Assembly: GCA_964106645.2 (NCBI GenBank)
Contig: OZ067045.1
From: Podarcis pityusensis
Taxonomy: Eukaryota
Strand: one strand, 5' to 3'
DNA length: 64,000 bases
This document shows positions 12,291-25,369 of the stretch, piece after piece (the stretch's first letter is position 1; every line of letters begins with the position of its first letter). The position numbers and the translations under genes were made by a program. The notes below the pieces were generated by a model that did no database searches, was not told where the DNA came from, and saw nothing but the letters and a program-made list of their open reading frames with translations.

Positions 12291-15083
12291 TTCATTTTGT
12301 TGGGGCAATCCTCAAGAGGATTGCGCCCACAATGCAGGTAACTGCACATATTCGGGATGTTTAAAAAAGCCCAATATAAACAATATAAACATATCACACA
12401 ATGTGAAAGCAGCCTCCATTTGGAAGGACGCAGCATTATAATATGCTCAAGCAGTTTGATTGTTCCATGATGTAAATACAGCTTGGTATGTGATAGAAAA
12501 CCTTCTGGTTTCTATGGAATCATTCTAGAATATCACACTCAGAGGGAAAAGTAACCCATCCTCTGGACTGAATCGAGAGTCACAGATTCCAGAATTTGGA
12601 ATCACCCAACAAAGCTCTCAACCTGCTATAATGGGTTGCATTCCACTAAATTAGTTCTGTCTATTAATTTCAATGGTTCTACTCTGAGTAGGACCAGCAT
12701 TGGCTACCACCCAATATTTCCTTACGGTACCGTCAAGGTTGCTTATTTTTCTTCCTTTGGTTCACCTGCTAATATTAAAAAGGCGGCAAAGTTTGGGAAA
12801 CCTAAGAGCTAGTTGTACAAAGCTGTATTCAAACTGACCCAACATCCACGGGCAACTGGCTGCCGTCTGCTTTTGGCAGCTTTGGCATATTTGGTCATTT
12901 ATTGGGTGCATGCAAAGATCAAATGGGTTCAGATTCTTCTCCTTAAACAGCAGGGAAAAGAACATCAAAAAGGTGTAAATTTCATTCCCCCAGTTTTGAT
13001 TAAGTCAAGCATGAAATGAAATGTAATACTCTCAAGTGGCAAAGGGTTTAGACCATTGATGTTGTTACTTCTGCTTCACAAAGCCCAATCAGCCGACAGC
13101 GAGTTGAACAAGCTAAGAGAGTTTTAGGGTAGCCAGATGGAGGGTTTTTACTATGGTTGAAAAGAGGGCTTAGTGCTTGCCTCTTCAAGCCAAGTCAATG
13201 CCAACTGTGTGAAATTCTGGCCATAACACCTCCTCTTTCCACTGCCCCCTCCCTCTCATATCCAGCGTTGGTGACTAGCACCACACAGTTTTGATAAAAA
13301 CACAAAAATACCACTCCTTAGTCAAGCAATACACCAACTGTGTAACTTTTTGGCCCAAATTGCTTCCTACCACCCACTAAAGTTCTGGTGTTTGTCACAC
13401 GTTGCCTGAATTTTGACTGAGTTTGGACAACGGTGTCTTCAATGTACAGCTTCTGTACATGCCTTTTACTTAAAACAAGGTTACACTGATTTCCAGGGTA
13501 CTTTTATGGAAGCACCCAAAAGTTCTCTTTACGAAAGATTTTTAAAAATCCTAGGGGTTGAATTCCACCAAGTTTGCCAGAGTTTATGTCACTTAGAGAG
13601 GGAGGAGAGGGAAATGTAATGAATTTTTTTTAAAAAAAAAAAAAAAGAACGGTGGCTTAATTCATAATGAAAATAAGCTAATTGCTTTGGGGTAGGTTTA
13701 GGTTTTATTAAACCTAAATAAAACCAGATCAGTGTCTAGAAGGGTTTTTTTTAAAAAAAAATAAATGCACCAGTAACAGGTCTTCAATTGAGTGCAGCTT
13801 TGCTGCATTAGGAAATGTGTTTCTGCAACACACACACCCTATTGCCAGTGCAATAGTCTTACTGCCCTTACATTGTCAAATTTAATGCTCCAGCCACTAT
13901 ACAGCTTGAAGAGAAGCAAGTGGCTTTGGTAAAGACTTAATAGAATCTTTAATACTTCTAACAATCCAGTCCCATTGAACTGCATTAAGTAGATATTATG
14001 GAAGGACAAAGAGTTAAATAGCTCATCATCAACCTCATTAGGCATGCAGGCAGGCCTCAAACCATTTTATGGGCCAGTCTATTGTTAGTACACTCACCAG
14101 GTTAGCTTTAAATTGCAAATTATACTGTGAAAAGGCGAGGGGGGGGGAGGTGAAGAAGTGGCAAGGTTGGGTGTGTTTTAGGTTTTTTTTTTATGGCCCC
14201 CCAGGAAGAAAATTATTTTCAGCGATTCAAAAATGAAAGGCATTGTTGCAACAGTTCTGACCGTAGCAAATGAAATACATCATGGGATTGAGAGCTCAAT
14301 ACCGCCCTTGAGACTTCTTTAAAGAAAAAAGAAAAAAAGTTGGCTTCCTCTCTGCTATCAAATGTGGACCACATCAGAACATGAAACAATCTAAGCCATC
14401 AGGCTTAGAAAGGGTGCTGCAATAGAGGCCTCTGGGTCGTCGGCACTTAAACAAATGGGATACATTTCACAATTAGCTGGCAGGGATTTGAAAATAAAGA
14501 GGTCCCCGTCCCAAGGAAAAACAAAGCCCTACAAAACCCTGCACTGTGTAAGCAAAATTTCCACATGCAAAAGCCAACGTGCACAGAACTGTTCTTAGAA
14601 CGGGTTTATACATTATGGATGTGGATTGCAGAAACACATCCAAACACCTTCTGATTATTCAGTGCAACCTGCAAAGCATAAGACTCATTGATCTCACCCC
14701 CTGGGTGACCTTGGGGGATACTGGATCTCACCTTGAGTCAGACTCTATTGTACTTCATTTGGCACAGCAGATTTATTTTGGCAAGGCTCATAATGGATGT
14801 GCAATCCAAATCTATCAAATTGCTCTGAGGGATCAATAAGCCTATGTGATCCATAAGGGCATTCCGATATAGGAGCCTCTTATATTTCCTGAAATGCAGG
14901 AAGCCTTACCCACCCAAAGGGTGTATCTGTCCAGTGACTGATACATCACTACATGCCACTGGTGGCATGTTCCAGCTCTAACCATGGCAAGCTGCATCAA
15001 TCAATTAAAGGATGAACAGGGAGGTGCCTTGGAAGTTTATTAAATGTAATTGATCAACAATCTCCTTTAGGACTCAGGGAGAG

Positions 15084-15153
15084 AGCTGTGTTGGTCTGAC
15101 ACAGTCGAAATAAATAAAAAAATTATAAAATTGTCCAGTAGCACCTTAGAGAC
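15084..15153. mobile_element. Penelope-like element terminal fragment
   Basis: gctgtgttggtctgacacagtcgaaa...aaattgtccagtagcaccttagagac resembles the terminal repeat of squamate Penelope/Neptune-type elements (recognised from memory). Confidence 0.55.
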
Positions 15154-16246
15154 GACCCTCTTTTTTCCAGGCAATGCAAGTTAATGAGAGGCAGAGATCT
15201 TTAGCAACAGCAGAGGTTTAATAAGGAGGAAAAAAGACCACAATCAAATCCAATGGGAGTTAAGTGTGCTTAAGTCCATTAATTTCAGTAGGCTTAAGAA
15301 CACTTAAGGCTACTGACCTATACCCATTTACCTGGGAGTAAGCTCCATTGAACTCAGTGGGATTTACTTGTGAATAGTCAAATACAGAATTGTGCTATAA
15401 ATATTTGTTGGATTGTGGCTGCTAAGTACCACATTTTGAAAGCCAGGAGCCGTGGAACAAATCTCTCACTGGCCACATCTGCACTATACATTTAAACACT
15501 GCTGAGAGTTGTTAGTTCTCAGAGTTCCCTATGGAGAGGGATTGGATGTTACACACATCTGGGAATTGTAGCTCTGTGAGGGGGAATAGGGGTCTTCTAA
15601 GAACGTTCAGCATCCTTAACCAACTCCAGTTTCCATGATGCTCTTTCTCTCTGCAGCACAGCATAAATTAAGGCTCCCTTGCATGGTGAGTTTTTTTGCC
15701 TTCTTAATATTTCAGAGCTGTGGATTTTTGGATTTTATTATTATTTTTAAAAAGGTCAGCAGACACCCTGTTATATTAGGTAGGTCCTGGGTTTTCTAAT
15801 ATGCAGCTGTTTTGCAATCTTTTTAAAGCAGAATTTTATCTTCCGTTTTGCTTTGTTTCCTTCTGAAAGTTGCTTGCCCTAATCTTGCTTCCTTCATTCA
15901 CACCTTCCCCCTAAACCTTTTGGGCTTGTTATGTGATAGCTCTTAGGATTATTATCCTCATTCCCTCAACCCTGCCCCCAAACCCCAAAGCCAAGAAGGG
16001 GGTTCCCTTCATTAATGTCTCTAAGAAGATTACCAACTGCTTGTTTGCTGTTGTTTAAGCAATTTATTTCCCTAAGCTCTTTGTTTTTCCAACTGGTTTA
16101 CACTTTAATGCCCTTGATTGAATTTCAAACAAGGGATCAACTTGACCAACCAACTCTCCTTAGTGTAAGAAGGGTGAAAAGGACATGGAGGGGAGGGAGG
16201 AAGCAGATGAGAAGTTTGCTCCAACTGCGAAACCAGAAAGATTCTC

Positions 16247-16249
16247 TTT

Positions 16250-16308
<59 letters not shown>
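16247..16308. repeat. (TTTC)n microsatellite
   Basis: Direct tandem repeat. Confidence 0.95.
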
Positions 16309-16387
16309 AAAATAACTTATCCAAATAAACTGTCAGTTTCTCATTTTCCCCCAATCTTTCCACATTTACACATCAGTCTGCAAAATT

Positions 16388-16691
16388 CTTAAGGAAATCA
16401 GCCCTGAGTGCTCTTTGGAAGGATAGATCATGAAGCTGAGGCTCCAATACTTTGGCCACCTCATGAGAAGAGAAGACTCCCTGGAAAAGACCCTGATGTT
16501 GGGAAAGATGGAGGGCACAAGGAGAAGGGGATGACAGAGGACCAGATGGTTGGACAGTGTTCTCAAAGCTACCAGCATGAGTTTGACCAAACTGCGGGAG
16601 GCGGTGGAGGACAGGAGTGCCTGGCATGCTCTGGTCCATGGGGTCACGAAGAGTTGGACACGACTAAATGACTAAACAACAACAACAACAA
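16388..16691 (+). mobile_element. BovB (RTE) LINE 3' end, 5'-truncated
   Basis: Encodes LKEISPECSLEG..KLRLQYFGHLMRREDSLEKTLMLGKMEG; (CAA)n tail; 10-bp TSD ctgcaaaatt at 16378-16387 and 16692-16701. Confidence 0.95.
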
Positions 16692-16757
16692 CTGCAAAAT
16701 TACTTTTAAAGTCCATAGGACAATTTTTGCAGAGCAGTTTTCATCCATCCACCGCAT

Positions 16758-16940
16758 TAGTGTAGCGGTCCGAGTTTTGGACTAAACCCTTTGGAGGCTG
16801 GTATGTCATTCCCCACTCAGCTATGAAACTAAAGGTGACCTTGAGCCGATCACTGTCTCTCAGGCTAACCTACGTCACAGTGTTGTTGTGAGGATGGAAT
16901 GTGGAGAGGGAAGACTGTGTGCACCAGCTTGAGTTCTAGG
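16758..16940 (+). mobile_element. Older Squam3/MIR-like SINE
   Basis: ccccactcagctatgaa...ggtgaccttgagcc...ctaacctacgtcacagtgttgttgtgagga. Confidence 0.7.
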
Positions 16941-18051
16941 GTGGAAGGAACGACGACATGAACAGAACCACGTTTACATGCTGTATATTTCAACCACCCA
17001 CACCCTGAGAAACATACTCTCAATCTTCCTCAAGTGGAACCACTCAGGCTGCTTTGAATAGGAAGTTTCTTTTCAAATCAATAGACTTTCTCTCTGCACC
17101 CAAGTGAGGAGCCCAGAGACTGTGCGATACAAGCTGGGTTCCTGGCTGCAATTTCCCCTTATACTTGCCCTCATGTAATTGCTACTTTGCATTCAGCACT
17201 GATAAACCACAACGAGACAGCTCAAACAGCTCCCAAGCATCTTAGAACGTGACCTTATGCACTATAATTTTTATGGTGCCACAGAAATGTACGAAGCCAA
17301 GACCTTTTTGGCTTTGCAAGACAATATTAGCAGATTTTAAAATGCATGCAGCTTTTATTGTACTTGAAAGCTAGCACAGAAAGAAAACAAGTAGATGCTG
17401 AATTTTTTAGTTTTTATAGCTGGATGAATCAATTGCTTTATAGCTTGATGCATCGGTTTCACCACTGGAACCCCCATGCTTTCTCACAGTCAAGAGGTTG
17501 AGTCATCTGGCCGTCGGCCCATTTGGGACATGTGTTGGCATATCATCCTCCCACACTGGAGTACGATCCTGCAATCACACAATCACCAAGGGTGTGTTCA
17601 CAGATGTGGGGTAATGTGGGGATATCCAGAGTTCAGCTGCCCTTATATAACCTAGGATTTAGTGGTTCTCAAGATGATTGAAGATAACATTTTGAGCAGA
17701 GGAAGCTGATCCATTAGGGTGAATGGGGCACCCTCAGTCTGTCCACAGCTGGTTCCCTGCCCTCTTTCCTACAACCAGCTCAGCAGGTGACACTGCACGG
17801 GTAGCTTCCTTCTCCTCCTATGTCACCTTGTAGAACTCATTGGGGAGGATGGGGACAAAACCAGAATTAGCAGGCTCTGCCTGTCATTGGCTATGGCACC
17901 ACCTACTGTTGATCTCCAGACCTGCTGCCCTATCAGGAGACTGGCATCAGCCACGACTGCTTTTAAGTGTAGCAGACATGGTTGTCCAAAACTCTATGTG
18001 TAACTGTGTTGCATGTGTACACCACATGTGACGCTAAATACAGAATTAAAT

Positions 18052-18270
18052 ATGCCAGTGTGGTGAAGTGTTAGACTAGAACCTGGAAGACCAGGGTTCA
18101 AATCATTGCTCAGCCATGAAACCCTCTAGGAGTCCTTGGGCCAGTCACAGTCTCACACTTGAACTTACTGCATAGGACCGCTGTGAGAATAACAAGAGGA
18201 GGAAGAAACCCAAGTATGCCACCTTAGACTTCTTGGAGAAAAAGTGAGATAGCAATGTGATGAATAAAAT
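18052..18270 (+). mobile_element. Older Squam3/MIR-like SINE
   Basis: gccagtgtggtgaagtgttagactag...cagggttcaaatc...ccttgggccagtcac, A-rich tail. Confidence 0.75.
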
Positions 18271-19939
18271 AAAAAAATGTAATTTTAATTTTTTTAATTA
18301 AAAAAATCCTCATGAAAGGTTGTAAGCATTTTTCTTGGATTTATTGTACGTGGTTTGTACAAATAGACACATTTTTTGCAAGCAATTTCCCCTAACACAA
18401 TGCATTTCAATGTTATTTTTGCTAAGACAAACATTTTTATGCTCATATGCCTGCATTGCAAAATTTGGGGAAGTGCAAACTCTAAAGGATAATTGTGTTG
18501 CTGTTTGTGTGCTGGTTTGAGAAGTGCAGATTATGCAGCTTCTCACTAAAATGCAAACATAATCAATCTTCCCCCTCCATCTCTACCACCATATGCCCAC
18601 TCCTAGTGTCCTCTAAGCCCTGACTTGCCTCTGAATGCAAACACCCAGCTTTCTTCACTCCAGCTCCTCCTTGTCTCATATACTCCATTCCAACCTTTGC
18701 TGGGCAGAGTGGCATGATATTGCTCCCCATGCCGCTGCCGTCTCTCCCGCTCACAGTGTCCCCCTTTTTTGTGACAATGAGGAGATGGGAGTGAGTGCAG
18801 CGGATGGCCTTCACGTCTGGTTGGCTGGTTGTGTCACAGTGCATAGGTCAGAAGCAGCCACCTCCAGCTCCTCACCCAAATCTTCACCCAATTCCTGGCA
18901 AAAAAAAAAAAAAAATCAACTGCAGTGAATTCCAGACCTGCACTGAGAGATGCCCAGAAGTTCATTGAGTCTGTGCATCAACTTCTCACTTAATTTAGGC
19001 CCTGAGCATCAGGCTGTGCAAGCACCCATGATCAGCTGATTGCTGGGGCTGAATCTTGGCCCAATTGCAAAAAAACAGGCCACCTGATGTCATTGTGGCA
19101 TCGGGTAATTGACAGCTGGGCACTCACTTATAAAATTGGACTCATGGGGGGAGGGGTTAAGGATGCAGCCTATTGGCTGGATCCAGGTCCCCTCCCCTTT
19201 GATTTCGGGCACCAAGAATTAATCTGTCCCGTGTAGTTTTCCCTATGAAGCACAATCACATCTTACTAAACCACAGGCAGTGTTTTCTCTTTTCTTTCTC
19301 CCCCCAACCTCCAGTCTCATCTCTTGCTGTCAACACCATCCATTTCAGCCGGGCTCTATCCCCTATCTCTTTTCAACATCAAACTGTGGTCCTTCCAGTA
19401 TCATTATGATCAACCTGAGCAAAGTAAATGTGAAGAGGTGTCTCTAATAGGACAGTTTTTGACATCGCATCTTGAACCAGAATAAGCAAACAGGCAAGTT
19501 GAATCTTCAGGGTCAAGCTCCGAAGTCAATTTTCTGACCTGGGAAATCATGTACTGTGACAACTGATGACAAATGCATGAGCACTTGCCCTGTATAAATA
19601 TGTCTACGAATGTTGTGTTACAAAACATTCCCAGCCTCTGACTTACTGATGCCGAACCAGAGCTGGGAGGCGGAGGGAGAGGAATTGGCAACTCTTCTCT
19701 TCAAATGTCCATTTCTTGGCAAATTCCATTTCCTTCTGCATGTGTGCTGGAAAATGGGCATGTTTTAAAGGCATAAAAACAAAAAAGGGGGTTGTTTGGG
19801 GTTTTCTGCCGTATGCAAAGGACAAATCACCTACCTAGATTTGAAATGTTACAAAGAGATTCTGATAAGAAACACGGCACAACCTTCCCCACCCCCGTAC
19901 CAAAAAGCCTTGTTTCCTTCATGCACTCTTTCTTTCCTC

Positions 19940-20820
19940 CAGCTTCCAAAGTTCCATGCCAAAAAGTCACCGTTTATTGATTTCTAAATCTAACAGTCTA
20001 ATTATATATTTGTAGATGACTCGACAGATTTGCAAACTCGCTCTATGATTTTATAATAGAACATGCTCGCGTTAATCTCCATCTAGGGAGATAGCTGGAG
20101 GGGGGGCTGACCTTTATCTCATATTTAAAACACAAGCAATAACTGAAATTCATTTTCAATTTCTTTTCCAATCATATAAAAGGAATAGGAGGAAAGATTA
20201 CTTTATTGAATCTTCTCTCTCTCCACCCCCTCTCCCTTTTATTTTATGTTTTGAAGGGGAGGGGAGTTGTTGGCGAAAGGTTGGCAGCGCATAGTCTTGA
20301 AGCTTTGTAGGGAGCTCCAGAGATGGTCTATAGGGAATAGCTTTAATCGAATAAACTAATCTTTGCTGTGGAGATTAACTAGGAAGGGGCTGCAGCAGTG
20401 GCTGAAATAGCGAAATTCAAAGTATCGTCTGCCCCGTCAGCTGCTGCTGCAGTGCCAAAGGCAGAAAGACAGCCTCCCCATTGGGTCCACCCTACTGATC
20501 TGGCAAATCTGGTCAACTTCTTGGAAATTTAATAATGCTGCCGCATTGTGTTAGCCTGCTGAGCAAACAGCCTGGCACTTCAAGGCACAAATGGGGTGAT
20601 TTACAAGGATTTCTTTTTTAACACGGCGGCCGCTGCTGTTGCTGGAGCCTGAGGCAAATTCAGCTCTGGTGGGTACGCATGGTGTACGTCCTCGAGGTAA
20701 ATATTATCTGGAGGTTAGGATGTGGATCAAAGCAAAACCTGACAGTTGCTAAATGACATTATTCTGTGAGTGTGGCTTTTCAAAGAGCGTTTGATTCCAT
20801 GCACATCTGCACTCTTAAAC
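19940..20820 (+). promoter_or_regulatory. Candidate conserved regulatory block / alternative promoter and first exon
   Basis: Repeat-free, elevated CpG, TGATTTAC at 20597, ATG at 20679 and GAG|GTAAAT donor-like site after 20696. Confidence 0.4.
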
Positions 20821-22159
20821 ACATGTGCAAGACATTTGCATTATGTTAACATAAATAGTAAAACTCATCTTTCCCAGGTAAAATGTTTCTTATGATCCTT
20901 AAAATAATTGCTAAATTCTCCACGAGTCTTTGTGTTAGTACTGTATTTGCATTGGGAAAATGCAATGTCAGCCAGATGCCTCATGCCAAGTGCAGATATA
21001 TTTCCAAAGCATTCTGTAGCCTGGATAATATTGACTATGATGCATAACATTTTCAGTACAAAATGTCCAGCTCATTGCAAAGTTGTACACTTGGTGGCTT
21101 AGATCTCATCGCTACCATTTGGAGGTCCTAGAAAGCCATAACCATGTAATCAAAGCACATGGTAGCTGCTGTAGATTTTAGAACAACACCCCAGGATTTG
21201 CATGGCCATGTCAATTTTCCAGCTGTTGCCACCGGCAAATTTGTTGCCAGTTGTAGGAACAAGGGATTGTCCTTGCTCACGCTGTCAATGGTCTCTTAAC
21301 TCCCCAGAGGGAGAAAGCAGGAGCTTAACTGAAAGATTATGTGGGCTACAGACCAGGCAACTCTGTATGCCCAAGCACTTGCCTTGGCCAATAGCTCTCC
21401 CGGCAGAGAATTCTGAATCCTACACATCTCCTGCCAGGCCCAGGGACATGGAATCCCCCATGGAGGCCAGAAGCTGCAATTTCGTCAAGGTGACAAACTC
21501 AGCTCGTCTCACCCAACGAGATCCTCCACTTGGAGGAAGAACCTGAACAACATGGATGCATTCTCCTACCAAGGGCCTAAAATTGATTGACATCACTTTG
21601 CTTTCCCCTCAGCTATGAAAGAAACACTTGCTCCAGCAGAGCATAACATGTCGATCCAAAAAGGCGAATAACCAGTTTCTCAAGGCATCCTTCCAATCGT
21701 GCAGGAAACACAACATGTCCTCCAGCTGACAGTGTTCAGCAAATGAAGATGAGGATGGTGATCCTGTCTCTTTATCAGCCTGCCAACAATGATCAAAGTC
21801 CATTCTCCTTTCCCAAACCAAGCTAATTTTCCAACACTCTTCTGCTACTAGGAAATGCAAATCTCTCATTGTGATGGCTCTCAGGGAAAAAGGAACCTAT
21901 CAAGAGCAATGCACACTGCTAGGGGAAAGTTAAGAGTTTTAATCCATATTTATGAATTACCATGGAGCAAATTCAAGACGTATGTACAATGTATCCGATG
22001 GGAGATTTTCTATAATACGGCCTACATTCACAGACCATGCTATCAGGAATGTATTTTCAGTCATGGTGCCTGCTTTGTAGAACTTGCTTACTGGCCAAGA
22101 TCCTCTACAACACAGAATGCTGTCTTAAACCAGATCAGAGTATTTGTCTGTCTATCCCA

Positions 22160-22340
22160 GGCCCCATCTGCACCATACATTTAAAGCAGTATGATACCAC
22201 TTTGAACAGCCATAGAATCCTGGGAAGTACCATTTGTTAAGAGTGCTGTGAGTTGTTAGGAGACCCCTATTCCCCTCAAAGAGCTACAGAATTCCCTGTG
22301 AAGAGGGACTGATTGCTCAACCACTCTGAGAATTATATAT
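22160..22340. mobile_element. PIF/Harbinger-like MITE fragment
   Basis: ggccccatctgcaccatacatttaaagca...gttgttaggagacccctattcccctc; related copies at 15470-15640 and 62320-62490. Confidence 0.55.
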
Positions 22341-22556
22341 TGGCAGTGTATTGTTGTGTGAAATGTCTCACGCTTGCCTGAATGGAGAATTGTATGTGGG
22401 TGCGTGGAAACCTCTGGGTTCTGCTTGGGTAGAATGTCACCCATAATATGGTGATTAAGAGTTCACATCCACCTTTGCCTCTTGACCTCTGGCATACAAC
22501 ATAAGTTTGCTCATGACAAATTGTGGCCTGTGGGCTTCAAACAGGTTCCCCCCACC

Positions 22557-22885
22557 CAGGAGCGGAGGAAGGGGTGTGTAGTGGGGGCGGGTTGACCTGG
22601 GTGTCACCACTGAGGGGGTGACAAAATGCCGGGCAGCACTCACCGCTGGCCCTGCAGCACGCCTGAGCCACTGGGAGTGATGCAGTGGCTTGGGCACTCG
22701 CAGGTTCTTCACAGTCTGCTTGCCACCTCCCCCTCAACTGTAGGGCGGCTGAGTGGGAGGGGGCAGGCAGACTCCTCAAAGGCCCTGCGGGGCATCATGC
22801 CCTGGCTGGCCCTGCCCCCATGGGCGGCTGGCCCCGTCCCTGGGTGCAAGGCATGCACGCTGCCCCCGGTGCCTGATCAGCTTGG
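22557..22885. mobile_element. GC-rich non-autonomous DNA-transposon-like fragment (hAT-like CAGG start)
   Basis: Abrupt GC-rich insert beginning caggagcggaggaagggg; no matching right TIR or TSD found. Confidence 0.4.
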
Positions 22886-24369
22886 TTTTGTCTAACCACA
22901 GTGAAGACAGACATGTCTGGTTCTTTCCCTTGGCAAAACCAAGCATTTCCTGAGGAAAAGAGAAAGAGAAACTGAACAGACAATTCAGGAAGGTCCCTTT
23001 GGGCTTGTCCATACTTGTCCCTTCCTCTTTCCTGCATGAAAATCGACTTCTTATTGGTTGAGCAAACCTCAACCAGGCTTTCTGCTGACTGATGCTTGCT
23101 CCGATTCAGCAGTAAAGTATGGGTTTTTCTGGGGAAAGCAGTGGGGCAAGTGGAAAACCACTCAGATCCTTGCTTAGAAATAATGGGACAAGCAGAAAAC
23201 CTCTTGGACCCATTCTTTCTAGGCACGGAAGAAATGGGAGTGTGGCTTTCTCTTCCTAGATACAGTAATCACTGAGTGGTTGGTTTTGTCTCAAGAAACA
23301 GGGTGTTAATTTAAGGCTATTGCTTGTTCCAACAACATCAGACTCAATGGAATGTATAATGGAATTCCTCAGGACAGTTCCCAGGTTTTTGATATTTTTA
23401 TTTTTTCCAAAGCAAAGGAAGGAGGGAATTGTCCACTACATAAACACACATGTACAACTAGAAAGGTCATAATGATATTTTCCTCACGAATTCAAGCATC
23501 TTTCAACAGATATTAGTTTAAGTGGTATTTCACTACTTCTAGAGATTGTGGTAGAAAATGGAACATTTCAAATATGCAAGCTTTAGTTAATCCCCCATCA
23601 TGCAGCCTATGGACTTCGCAGGATTATCCCTTATTATAGTATTATTAAAAGTGATACAAAATTGCAGTTTGAGATTAAAAACTCCCCCGGTATTTCTAAA
23701 TATGTACCTATCTTCTATTTCCTGCTTTCCTCTGTGAAAATATATAACCAATATTTTTATTTTATTTTATTTTATTTTTTAAAAACACATATGGGAGCTG
23801 CAATAAAATATGGTTAAGGAATTCATAACATTTAAGACATGATCATTCATTTAAGCCTCATATGCATGATCAAGCAACATCTGCGCTTAGGGAAGCACCA
23901 TAGCTGGGGGGTACATTATATCATATCAATGCAACAAGTTCCAGATCAAATCATGAACATCTCTAAGTAGGGCTGGGAAGGACCCCTGTGTCCAAAAACA
24001 TGTCCATGTAGACAACACTGAGCTAGGTAGTGTTATATGGCAGCTTTCTATGATGACTACAAACTGAGTAGTCTATCTCTGATGTGCTTTTCCTACAGAG
24101 TCCTGGCTCCTAGATACAGATTTTTGGACCTGGGAACCTCACATACAGCAGCTTGCTTTTGAGCATGCGCTGAGACAATTGACGACAAACAATTGGTCCA
24201 GACTGAGGATGGTCGGGCAGCGCCCCATTCACCCTACTGGACTAGGCTTGGCTGAACAGGCATACATATACTTTTCCTTGCCTTGAACAGAAAGGGTTTG
24301 GTTTTGGTTTTCTCCTTTGGGAGAAGGGGGAAGGTAAAAATGGTGCACACTTCCCCTCCTGAATATGGG

Positions 24370-24720
24370 TCAAACTGTCATTTAAAGCAGCAGTTGGCCA
24401 CGCTGAGTGCTAAATCCCCCCCCCCTTCCTCTCTCCCCCTTTGCCAGAGGAGAAAGAATTCTAATTTTCGACCAGTCTAAATTGTTCTGGGCAGCATTAT
24501 CAGTTGGAAAGACCCTTCTGATTTGACAGAGCCCCAATGTATGATGATTAATTACCACTCAGCTTCATTGGACTTTTCTAATTTCCTTTTGCCACTCGCT
24601 GTAGGCAACAAGCGATAAGTACCGCTCTTATTATTTTCTGCAAAGGAAAATGTCCATTATGGCGCTGTCTTACAAGTAATCAGAATAAAGGAGACAGCGG
24701 ATTGGCAAACCTGCAAGGAT
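24370..24720. promoter_or_regulatory. Candidate conserved non-coding enhancer
   Basis: Repeat-free; TGATTTGACAG at 24519, TGATTAATTA, several CpGs. Confidence 0.35.
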
Positions 24721-25369
24721 CATTCTGTCTTTATTTAGCCAACTCCAGCTTTCTTTCTTCTGCTCTTGCATTCTGCTTGCTTCCCAAGCCCTCCGCCCCT
24801 CTCCTTCATCACCACAAGTTGTTTTACACCATTGCGTGTCCAAAAAAGGGGAAGATAAAAAATGCACACTCATAAAACTCTATCAAAGCTGGTGACATTT
24901 GAAAATCCATATAAAGGCTGGGGAGGAATTAATCCTCAATCTCAAAGGAACCATCCTTAAAATGATAATGTGTTGCAAAACGTCAGACACAGAGAGTTAT
25001 AAATTGTCCGGAATCCAGTAGAGGTGTCCCAGAGGTGGTGTTCAGATTAGGAGGAGGATTGGGAGGAGCTCAAAGAGCTGCAATCTAATCTCAGGAATGG
25101 TCCCAGTGGGGGAAGGCAAAGTCCGGACCCCAAGAAGCATCAGAGCTGGAGGAGAAGGAGGTCATGGGATGGGGAGTGTGAAACAGGATCCCAGAAGGAA
25201 ATTGAATGGGTGGTCAGGGGGGAATCCTGCTTCTGTGCCTTCAGACACTTTGAATGTCGCTTTGAATGTTCAGATTTTGAGGACAGATAAAATAAAGTAC
25301 TTTCTTCAAGCAGTCCATATTTACTTTCTGGAACTTTCTCCTACAGGAGGCAGTGATGGCCTCTAGAAG

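Noticed and set aside
12305-12324. 9-bp hairpin gcaatcctc-aa-gaggattgc
   Set aside because: Too short to distinguish from chance or a minor repair scar
22557-22885. CpG-island promoter
   Set aside because: Short, sharply bounded GC-rich insert with a transposon-like start; better explained as a repeat
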